NCBI GenBank assembly: GCA_031835245.2
Contig: JAVKOQ020000101.1
Span: 124,001-174,580, forward strand
DNA length: 50,580 nt
DNA from: Balamuthia mandrillaris
Taxonomy: Eukaryota
Direction: 5' to 3'
Shown piece by piece: positions 1 through 10,109 of the stretch (within the stretch, counting starts at the first letter, position 1; each line of letters opens with the position of its first letter). Position numbers and translations under genes: made by a program. Under the pieces are notes generated by a model. The model was given only the letters and a program-made list of their open reading frames with translations, was not told the origin of the DNA and did no database searches.

Positions 1-1736
1 ATAGTCTACTTACAGCGATATCACTGCCAAAGTTACGGACACGTCGAGGATGTCCAGCTCGCTTTAGATGGTAATTGAACCAACGGAGGAGAGTTTCCTC
101 TGGGGGGAGGTTCACAAAGTCTTGGACGTTCTCACCTTCTTCCATTAGCGTTACCAGGTTGGGATGTTTCTCGACGGATACAGCGTCCATCAAACCCAAC
201 TTTTGAAGGTCATAAAATAAGAGAGAGAAAGAGAGGAATAAGCATTTTAAGAAGGAAAAAGAGACAAAGAGGAGAAAATCTCAAACCTTGATAATCTGCC
301 ACAACAAACCAAGAATCAAGTGTGGCTGTTGCAAGATAAGAGAGTTTAGTTGAGAAAAGAGATAGCTATGAGAGAATAGAAAAAAGATAAGAATTATTAC
401 CGTTTTGTCTTTGATGTCTTCGGGACCGATGTTAACTACGACGAGGCCAAGGCGTTTGCAGCCTTCAATGCCATAAATGAGGTTCTGCCGCAGCTCAAAT
501 GGATTCATGTTGGGCTTCTTGCATATCATATTCTCGGCGATAGTTCCTGGCCGCACATGATTTACCAACTTACTGTATTATTGCACACAATTGTCAGCAA
601 ACACTATGTTAATACGAGAAAGAGAAGCAAACTAAAAAAAGAAAAAAAGAAAAAAAAGGAAGGTTTATGGCAAATACAGAAGAAGCAAGAAGAGAAGATA
701 CGAAATTAAAACGAAAAGAAAAAGAAGAAAGCAAAAAAGGGTGAAAAGGACAACAAGAAAGAACAAACCAAAGCAAAAGGCCATCGGCAGCAATGGCATC
801 AAACAGCTCCGTTGAGTGAGGATTCAACGGCAAATGCTTCTTCAGGTCAGGGTCGTTGCCCAACACCTCATTGATATGCTGAGCAAAGGAGCGCGTCTCC
901 TCCGTGCTATAGGCATGCTTGGACTCTCCCTGTCCTCTTTCCACTTTGGTCTCTCCCATTCGAGCCAGTGGAGCGGTTCTTCGTGGACTGACTTTGCTCT
1001 TGTCTCCTCCTCCTGTTGTTGATGGTGGTGCTTGTAACACAGAGGAAGAACGCGCTTGAGGTTGTTGAGGTCTTTGAAGAGAAGAAGTGCTGCCGTTTCT
1101 TTGCACAGATTTCAGCTCGCTAACGAGAGGGTTTTGTTGTGCCAAAGAAGGAGAAGAGGATTGACGACGAGAAGAGGCTGATTGTGGTGGCTGCTGCTGC
1201 TGTAAAGAAGAGGAAGAAGAAGGCTGACGATAAGACACGGAGGTTTGTGGTTGTTGATGGGGAGGCAACGATTGACGCCGTTGTTGCTGTTGCGGCTTCT
1301 GTTGCTGTTGAGGAGGAGGATACTGCTGTTGTTGCTGCTGTTGCTGCTGTTGCTGCGGAAAAGCTTGTTGTGGATAGTGAGGGCCGCTTGCCGGAGGGGA
1401 TACAACCGAAGGAGGGCCATAAGGATGAGCCCCCGGCGGTGCGCTGTGCGGTGGAGCAGGGTAGCCACCAAAGCCAGTACCTGGAGGTGAGGTAGGCGGC
1501 CAGTTATTGCTGGGAGGAGGTGTTGCAAAAGCAGGTTGGTGATGAAGCGCAGGTTGAGAAAGAGGTGCGCCGTAATAAGGTTGTTGAGGAAAAGGGCCAG
1601 AAACAGGAGGTGGGGAAGTGACTTGCTGTTGTTGAGGAAAGCCTCCTCCCATCATCATCATGGGAGGTGCATGGATTTGCTGTTGTTGATGTTGAGGGAA
1701 AGGGCTAGTCCCAGGTGGTGCGAATGGATCCCACAT
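1..1736 (-). CDS. Fimbrin/plastin-like actin-bundling protein with a long Pro/Gln-rich N-terminus (continues beyond the window start)
   Basis: Exons 1736-769, 572-401, 325-287 and 199-14 join through GT-AG introns. They give HAYSTEETRSFAQHINEVLGNDPDLKKHLPL..DGLLLCKLVN..PGTI..VVVNIGPEDI..PHLILGLLWQIIK..LPPEETLLRWFNYHL, i.e. the fimbrin CH1-CH2 domains. Confidence 0.9.
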
Positions 1737-2355
1737 AGTGAGGGTTACAGGTCGTTATTGATGGATTGTTGCGAGGACAGCTTTGTAACTTAAGCAAATG
1801 AGGCAGAGAAGCCCTCTGAATCTTCTGAACGGATCCAACAGAATAACGCAAAAAAAAAAAGTAGAAGGAAATAGAGAGGTGAACACACGCGTTCTCAGGA
1901 AAGTGATTTTTAAATTTCACTAAACAAGAAGAGAGAGAGAAACGACGCACGGTTCGTGTTGCCCAAGTGGGTGCTTCGTTGTGTTGTTGCAGTTGCTGCA
2001 GCGAAAGGGTATATTGTGCTGTATTGCCGCGCTACTTTTTTTTGTGTGTTGTTTGTTTACAAAGGAAACGTTTCGCTACTTTTTATGTGCGGACAATAGG
2101 ATAATAGGCAAGTGGTGATGTCACCCTCTTTCATTTTAGGTTATTTTAATCTCCGATTTCGATCTTTCGGGGAAGGTACCACCTTTTTCCCAGTTTTCTC
2201 CTAGATTTCGGCTCGGATTGCGCTCGTTTCTGGCTTTCTCTCATTCTTTCGCGAGAATGTGAAATATTATGGTTGAGGGATGGCTTTCTTTTTACAGAAA
2301 CAACAAAGATGGATTTCACGGGCCTACTTGTATCACTTTTCTCCTCACTGTTTCA

Positions 2356-3288
2356 TCATATTCTTGGCTTCTTGTGACCGTTCTCTCTGGTCCCTCCTGG
2401 CACCTCCGAGCAGCGCATTTCTCCGCCAGACGCAACGATTGTTGATGCACTTGTTTCTTTTTCTTTCATCATCACTTGTTCGTTATGAATTTCATTCGCT
2501 TCTTCGTCTTCTTTTTTATGGGTCTCATTGCTGCCATTCTGATGATGCATCAACGTTGCTCTCAACTGATCCGCCAACAACTTGCAGGCTTGCCCTTGAA
2601 CCACTGCTTGATCTGCCAACAATGCTCTCCTCTTCTTCTTGCCCCTCATGTACGTGATGACCCTCAGCCGCTCCAATGCCATCTTGCTCTCCTCCTCCAA
2701 CGCAACCGCCAGGATGGAACGAGCTCTCCAAGAAAGCACTTTTTGGATGCTTCCGTTGGCAAAGCTTTTCTTTCGTAGTGTCATTTCTGCAGAGGGTTCG
2801 TTGTCATTGGTTTGGGAGTTCAGCCTGAAGCCATCCAACTGCTGCAACAGTTGTTGAGTATCGTGAAGTTCGCTCAACAGTAGCGCTTCGGTGGCGCGCT
2901 CGTTGTGGTTTGAAGCGGACGCCTGCTCCTCCTTTTCTTTGTGGATACTGCTAAGCTGCGTTGTCAGGCGTGCGAGACGGGCATTCAGGGCTAACAAACA
3001 TAGAGAACCCGAAGTGTTGGGCTCATGTGCGTCAACACATTCTGTCCCCTGCTCCTCCCCGTTAGTCTGCTGTTCCTTCTCCTCTTTCATTGGGTCAGTA
3101 GTTGTGGGAAAGACAGCAGCTTGCGTGGAGGTTGGGTGACGTCCGTGTCTCTCTGAGCGTTCTTTTCTCCTCTTCCTCAAACTCAAGATGCCGCTTGCTG
3201 GGATGTGACTACGTGCAGCGCTTCGCATTTTTTGCTTTCGTTCGTTTGGCCTGGTTTGTTTCTTCGATGTTTCGTTGTGTTTGTCCAC
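2356..3288 (-). CDS. Hypothetical protein with coiled-coil segments
   Basis: 310-aa open frame with a basic N-terminus and helical E/L/Q-rich stretches. No recognised domain; the start is uncertain (first ATG at 3228). Confidence 0.5.
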   Translation of the reverse strand: MDKHNETSKKQTRPNERKQKMRSAARSHIPASGILSLRKRRKERSERHGRHPTSTQAAVFPTTTDPMKEEKEQQTNGEEQGTECVDAHEPNTSGSLCLLALNARLARLTTQLSSIHKEKEEQASASNHNERATEALLLSELHDTQQLLQQLDGFRLNSQTNDNEPSAEMTLRKKSFANGSIQKVLSWRARSILAVALEEESKMALERLRVITYMRGKKKRRALLADQAVVQGQACKLLADQLRATLMHHQNGSNETHKKEDEEANEIHNEQVMMKEKETSASTIVASGGEMRCSEVPGGTRENGHKKPRI

Positions 3289-3596
3289 TCTTTTGGCTTG
3301 GAAGGATTAGCAGAGGAAACTTGGTGAAATATCGAAATTTTCGAGTTGCTGTCCTCACAATATTTTTGGGAGCGATAAATTATCCTGGGTTTTCAATGCA
3401 TCCTGAAGGGGAGGTGTCGACTTTTATCATTTTTTCCGCATTATTATCGACAACAGTGACAGCAAATTATTATCAAGTCTGCTCCTCAACGCAAAGGAAG
3501 AAGCAAAGAAAAAGTACACTTCAAACGAGTGTTGGCTGCTTTGTACCGCTAAAGTAGCACTGCCCAAGGCACAGAGAAGGCGCACTACCACTTCGA

Positions 3597-4151
3597 ATGG
3601 CAGGCAACGAGTTTGAGGGGGATAACCAAAGCGATCTGCGACCGGATCTTCCCTCGTCCGTACTTGTGGGGCGTGGACCGGAACACCTTCTGCGGAAGAA
3701 GAAACGAAAGCGAAGGGACGAGGAAGAAGCGGGACAGCATAAGAAGAAGGAAGATGTGGTAACGACAGAACAAACGGCGGCGCCAACGAATAGAAAGAAA
3801 AGGCGGCGTGCTTCACCGCAGCCAGCTGGCGAAAGGCGTCCCCATTTTGTAGTTGAAAAAACTTTGAGAAGAAAAGACAAGGACAACGAGGAGGAAGAAG
3901 AGGAAGAGGAAGAAGAAAAGGGCACCGAAAGCGAAGTCAGTCAAGAAAGCACAACTTCTTCCCCGGGCGAAGCCCTCCAGCGGAAAGAAGAAGCGGAAAA
4001 AGTAGGATCAAGCATCAGCAGTTCGCAAGGTGAAGCGGAGCACAGCAGCGGTCCCTACGCGGAGATCAACGCCTTACTTCATTCCCTTCATCTGGAGCGA
4101 CGACAAAGACGGGGCTCGCTCCCTTCCGAACGTGAAGAGAGTAGCGGATAG
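3597..4151 (+). CDS. Small nuclear protein, possibly FAM104/VCF-like p97 cofactor
   Basis: 184-aa ORF with NLS-like RKKKRKRR and RKKRRR, an acidic tract, and C-terminal helix GPYAEINALLHSLHLERRQRRG resembling the FAM104 C-terminal motif. Confidence 0.6.
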   Translation: MAGNEFEGDNQSDLRPDLPSSVLVGRGPEHLLRKKKRKRRDEEEAGQHKKKEDVVTTEQTAAPTNRKKRRRASPQPAGERRPHFVVEKTLRRKDKDNEEEEEEEEEEKGTESEVSQESTTSSPGEALQRKEEAEKVGSSISSSQGEAEHSSGPYAEINALLHSLHLERRQRRGSLPSEREESSG

Positions 4152-4515
4152 CTGCAGGGTTATACAAAAAAAAGGGCGGGAAAGTTCTTCTATCGAAATA
4201 TACATTAAATTTACCCCGGAGTGACATCATGATTTTCTTAAAATAGAATATCGTGACGTGTGTTTTGAAACGAAGGAAGGAGCCGAGAAAAAAAGAAAGC
4301 GGTAGCGCGAAGAAGAAGACCTCAAGGAGAGTAGGAACGTCGGCGTTTGTTTTTTTGCAGAGAAGTTGTTTGTGTTAGGCTCGAAACGAGACGCAAAGAA
4401 AAAGCAAAAAGAGGAATGCAGAGTAGAGCTTTGTAAATAGAACAGAAGAAAAGCCAAGCGATTAGTTTCTTTTCAGCAGAGCAGCATCACAAAAAAACAA
4501 CACGAAAAACATACC

Positions 4516-7485
4516 ATGAACGAAGAGAACAAAGCGCTCATTCAGTTCCTTAAGGAACGCGTTGTTGGATATCGTGCACGTGGCTTCATTCGTGCCGTTG
4601 CAGCTTTGGAACGGGTACCCACCTCTTTGTTTTTCGTCTTTGATTGAAACATCCTTATGCTTTTTTGTTTTTTGCTACTTTCCAGGTACTTCCTGTCATC
4701 GAAGCGGCCAACTGGCCAATCAGCAGCGGAGAGGAGGCTCTGCTCCTGCCTGGCGTGGGCAAGTTTGTCAAGCACGAGATCGAGCAGGGGCTTCGTGAAA
4801 TAGCAGCTTCGCAGTTACTTGCTGCCTCTGCTACTGCTTCTCCTCTACCTTTTCCTCCTTCATTGCCTCTTCCTTCTGTTTCTTCTTCCACTTCTTCCAC
4901 TTCCACTTCTCCTTTTGCTTCTCAGGTCAAGCAAGAACGTGCCACTCCGGTACTTGATCTCACTCTCGAAGAAGACGAAGAAGAGGAAGCAGCGCCAACG
5001 GTGCACAATGAAAGAGCTCCATCCCCACCTGCCTCTACTCCTCCTCGTTCTTCTTCCTTCACACCCTCTCTCTCCATCACACCTCCTTCTCCTTCGTCTC
5101 AATCAACACCTTCTGTTTCGCCTTCTTCTACTCTAATTCAACCTCAACTAATATCACAAGTAAGTGTGGAACAATGGCTACAGTTGACAGTCGGCCTTCC
5201 TCAATACCTTCCCAACTTTATAAAGTCAGGTTATGACCGAATAGACGCCATTTGTTGCATCGAAAGCGAGCCAGACCTGGAACGTATTGGTATAATTCTC
5301 CCCGGCCATCAAAAGCTTCTATTGCGTCACATTCGCGCTCTATCTTCTGAGCCTTCTTCTACCGGCACTCCACTCTCAGCCATTGCAACTCCACCACAAC
5401 CATTGCCAACTCGGTTGATTACCTCATCACCATCTGCTTCACCTTCCGTTTCTTCTTATGCTGCTGTTTCTTCTTTACCGCCTCTTTCCTCGTCAACGGA
5501 ACCAACTGCTTTTGCTACTCCTCCACGACGAAATGGTGATCCCAAGTCTCCTCGAAGAGGATCCTCTCCTTCTTCGGCAACTACAAGGATAACGGTCAAA
5601 CCAAAAACAGAAGTTCATTCTTGTCCTCCAACTTTGGGAAGGACTACTAGCAGTACAAGTGTCGCTGAGACTGCAGATCCTCGTTCTCCCAGTATTGCCG
5701 CCACTGGTGCCACAAATCAACGCGCTTCCACTTCTGCTGCCCGTACGTTAATTTTTACAGATGAAGAAACGTCTGAGTTTCAGCCCAGAACCATTAGAGG
5801 TATCTTTTTTTTAATCTGCTCACCTCTTCTTGCTTCTTCCTTCATTGGCCCTATCATCTCTAAATTTTCATTGCTATGTTAACGTTTTGATTGGCACTTG
5901 TCCAACAACAGGCTGCTTGGAGACTCCAACATTTGTTGGAGATTTAGGGAGCTTAACGGCTTCTGGTTTCGGCACGGCAGCTGCATCGCCCTCATTTGGC
6001 GGTTTGGCTATTGGAACTGGGGACTCTCCTAATCCGGTGATGCTCCCTCAGTACTTGCACTTGCACTGCGACGTGGATTCTCTCAATCGCGGCCTTGCGT
6101 ACTACATCGTTGGTGCCATCCAGAACAAATGGGAGGGTCCTGATAAAACCACAGTCACTGTATATGGTTTGTGGTTTTCTCTTTTTTCACTCTTCTCTGT
6201 TCGTCAGCGCTTTCTCACTTAATGCGCACTTTTTCAATGTTCTGTATTTTCTTCATAATATCAGGAACTGGCAAACAGATATACACAGTTCAATTAGCTT
6301 GGCGAGACCAACTTCTCAAGTCATCGCACTGCACCTGTCCCGCTTTTGCCAAGTCAGGCTCTGGCCTTCGCCACGCAATCCGCGGGTGGTGTAAACACAT
6401 CGTATGCGGTTTTCTCAGCTGTGTCTACGGCCCAAAGAAAGCTCCACGCGCGTTGGCAGCTCAGTACGGACATCTAGTTTTGAGTAACGTTACTCCGGCT
6501 TTGTTGCGGCGGGCAGGATGGAAGCCCGAAGATCTTGCCAATTTGCCTTCTCCTCCTACTTCTGCTTCTACTATAGCTTCGTCTCCATCTGGTTCTCCGC
6601 TTCCTTCATATCTTACGCCTTCTTCTGGAATCAATGGTGTTTTAGGTGCACCCGTTCTTCCTGGTCCTCCTTCATCTACCTCGCCGTCTTCACTTGCTTC
6701 TTCTGCTTCGTCTCCTCCACCACCAACAAGAAAACAGAACAGAAGTCCAAGACCCTACATCCCAAGATATCGGTCCGGTCCTTACGCTATCATGCTGGCA
6801 ATGTATCAGGCTCTCATCTTGAAAAAGGGTCACCAAGGACGACCGCTTCAACTCAGCGAACCCGACTCCATGGCAAAGAACGAGATTATAGATCTGGCTC
6901 GGCCTTTCACGGATTCTCCTTGGGAAAGGGTTTGTTTTTATTTTTTTCATCTTTATTCTCTCATTTTCATTATTTCAAATTTTTAAAGTATTTATTTATT
7001 TTTTTTTTGCAGGAAAAAGGTCACTGCCATGATTCCCGCAAGTGGTATACAGCGTGGACTTCGATGGATACAGTTCTCGTGCTAAAGGGGCTTGTAATCA
7101 AGTCTCCCGACGAGCGATACAGCCTTTCTCCCTCTGGCATAGCGCTTGCTGCGCAACTTTGGCAAGAAGGATGCTCTTTGGATCCCTCTCTCCATCCTCC
7201 TGCATCTTCTCCTACTTCTGCTTCTACCGCGACCTCACCGTCATTATCATCACAATCTTATTCATCTTCTTCGCCTGCTTTAACTTCGCTATCTTCAACG
7301 TTGTCATCAAATATTTCTTTGAATTCACCGAAGAACCGGACGAACAGTCCATCCACGTCTACTTCCTCTAGTTTGTTGTCTCGATCTACAGAAAGTATTT
7401 CCACGGAAATTACAAGCAACAAGCCAGATGTTCTACAAAGAGCCTATTCACTTCCTACTGGGTAGTTATTCTTGTTCTTGTTTTT

Positions 7486-7516
<31 letters not shown>

Positions 7517-10013
7517 TATATTTTCTTTCCGCTCTCTGATGTTTTTAGCTAACATTTTTTGCATGTTAGTTTAACTCCGTCGTCGAGCTCTCAATACAAA
7601 ACAATTTCATCGTCAAGACAACCCTCACAACCAGAAGAGCGCGAAATGACTTCTGGAACAATCAACAACGAAACAACAGCACCGATAAAGGCCGAAGAAG
7701 GGGAAATAGATACCGATCAGTTGGCTTTGCGAAAGGCGTTGGAGCTATCTCAGCAAGAAGCGCTGAAGTTAAAACAAGGGGAAGATGAAGAAGAAGCTTC
7801 CCTGAGAGAGGCTTTGCGACTATCTCTTGAAACTAGCCAAGCTTCAGAATTTGAATGGAGCGTTCCGCAAGAAGAAAACGTCGAAGCAACTCAACCCTTT
7901 TCTCTTTTTCCTATTTCTACTTCTAAGTTGCAACAACAAAGCATAACGACTACGCCAATGCAATTGGAAGAACAAGAGACAAATATGCAACTGACGAACA
8001 AGGAAACATTTTCGACAATGACGACGGAACTCGAAACAACACTTGGCCAACAATCTGATGAAGTGATAGAAGACAATACAAACCAAGAAACGACTTTAAC
8101 GGTAATGAATGACGATACGACCGGATCACAAGCAAAGGACAAGACAGAAGAGACTTCCTCCAAAGAGAAAGAAGAAGAAGAAGAGAGACTACCAGAAAAT
8201 CATCAAGAACTAGAGCAACACGAACAGCAACCATCACAACAAACAACAGAAGCAGTCCAACAAACAGTTGTAGATAGACAGCAACAAGATTACCCACCAA
8301 CAGCACAAACAGAAAACCTTGGCCAATCGCATGAAGTGGAAGAAGAGGAAAAAGCAGAGAATGACGAAGAAGAAGAACCGGCGGAACCTTCTCCTACTTA
8401 CAGCACAAATGTTCTTCCTACAAACAACAACATACCCTATTCCAGAGTATTCAACCGCGTCATTTCCGGCGAAGAGATCAACAAAGACTTTGAAGTGGTG
8501 TTGTTGGTGGACACTCGAGAGCCAACCGAAGTTCGACTGCCAGTCCTACAATGCATGCACAGAGCAGGTCTTGCTTGCGAGGAACGAGCTCTTGCGGCTG
8601 GCGACTTTCTCTGGATTATGCGCGAAAAGGATTCATATTATGAAATGGAACGACAACAATGGGGTAGAGGCCAAGAAAGTCAAAATCCTTTTTCCGTTAC
8701 AACAAGCCATTCTTTGTTGAGCGAAAGCGAAACTGCTTCTTCTCCTTGGAACGGTGAGACTCAATCACAAGAACTACCAGCAACCACCAACCGAAGAAGA
8801 GGCAGACCGAGAAAAAGAAGAAGTGGAGGAACTGAGGAATGGAAAGAAGTGAAGAAAGAAGAACTGGTTCTAGATTGGATCATTGAACGCAAATCAGTCA
8901 CCGATTTGGCTTCTTCCATGGAGAGTGGTCGCTTCTCGGAGCAACAAGAACGACTGTTGCGCTCTAAAATGAACGTGGTGACCCTTGTCGAGGGCATCAA
9001 CGCGAATCACTGCTTGTTGACTGAAGAGCTGTTCGAAAGCGTTTGCGATTGTCTTCGTTTCCATCGGCCAAACTTATTTTTTGTTCACACGAACACAACG
9101 GACGACACTGTATTGTACCTCAAGACAATGACTGAGGAGATTACCCATTTTTATCGGCGTTGGGGCGTATCTTGTTCTTCTCCTCTTCCTTCTTCTTCTC
9201 TTTCCAATACATTCCAGTTGGAAAGTGGTTGCTCTCAACCACCATCACAACTTCTTCAAAATAATGGAGAAACGGAAGATGAAGCAGACGCAGAAGAGGA
9301 AGCGATGAACAACTGCAACAGCGAAGACAGCAACAAAAATAACGAAGATACTGGGCGAAGCAACTACAACGGTAGAAAGCGAAAGAGTAATTGCAACAAC
9401 AACAGACGAGGAGAAAAGAGAAAAAAGAGCACTTCATCTCCAGCTATTGTTCCACTGTACGAACTGGAGGAAGAGCTGCCTGCTCGATGGATGCTCTTTG
9501 ACGAGTTCAACTCACGCCTGAAGAAAGGCAGTGATTCCATCAGTTACACTTGGAAGCAGCAACTGATGCAGATTCACGGATGTTCAGAGAGCACGATGGC
9601 TTTCGCTTTGGAGGCTCTGAACATCCGTGATCTGGAGCAAAGCGAAAGCCATCGTGAGACAGTACCCAACGCCGTTTTTTCTTGTTGCTGCTTATAATGC
9701 GGTCGAAATGGAGTATCTCCGAGATGAAGAAGAACGACTACAACAACAACAAGAGGGAGAAGAAAAGCAAAAAGAAACAGAAGACACAACAAAAGGAGAA
9801 GAGCAGAGAATGGAAAAAGGAAATGTAACACAAGAGAAGAAGAAAAGAGGAAGAAAGAAAAAGCTACAGAATCTTTCATTGGAACAACGGAAAGCATTGT
9901 TATTGGCGGATTTGCCAGTTGTTGCTGAGGATGCTGCTATCAACGGTGTTGTTCGTCGCAAGAGGATCGGGCCAAAGCTCAGCACTGCCATCTACCAATA
10001 CTTTGTTTGTTAA
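4516..10013 (+). CDS. MUS81: MUS81 structure-specific endonuclease (HhH-SAM-SWIM-winged helix-UIMs-ERCC4-HhH2), frame broken by a 46-nt insert near the 3' end
   Basis: Exons 4516-4614, 4686-5799, 5912-6166, 6265-6929, 7013-7461 and 7570-9592, then 9639-10013. Motifs: N-terminal HhH (PISSGEEALLLPGVG), winged helix (YIPRYRSGPYAIMLA..YTAWTSM..LV..YSLS..G), ERCC4 (VLLVDTRE..GDFLW..IIERKSVTDLASS..GRFSEQ), C-terminal HhH2 (QLMQIHGCS..KAKAIV..YPTP..RIGPKLS). Confidence 0.9.
9569..9656. repeat. Interlocked inverted repeats (A-B'-A'-B) with a GAGCA direct repeat
   Basis: tcacggatgttcagag (9574-9589) is the reverse complement of ctctgaacatccgtga (9615-9630). cacgatggctttcgctttg (9592-9610) is the reverse complement of caaagcgaaagccatcgtg (9638-9656). 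GAGCA occurs at 9589-9593 and 9635-9639. Confidence 0.95.
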
Positions 10014-10109
10014 AACGATCAGCATGAAGAAGAAGCACGAAGAATAAGAAAATAAAGAAGGAAGAAACAAGAGAGACGAAGCAAAGAGAACAAGCCCAAA
10101 GAAACAGTT

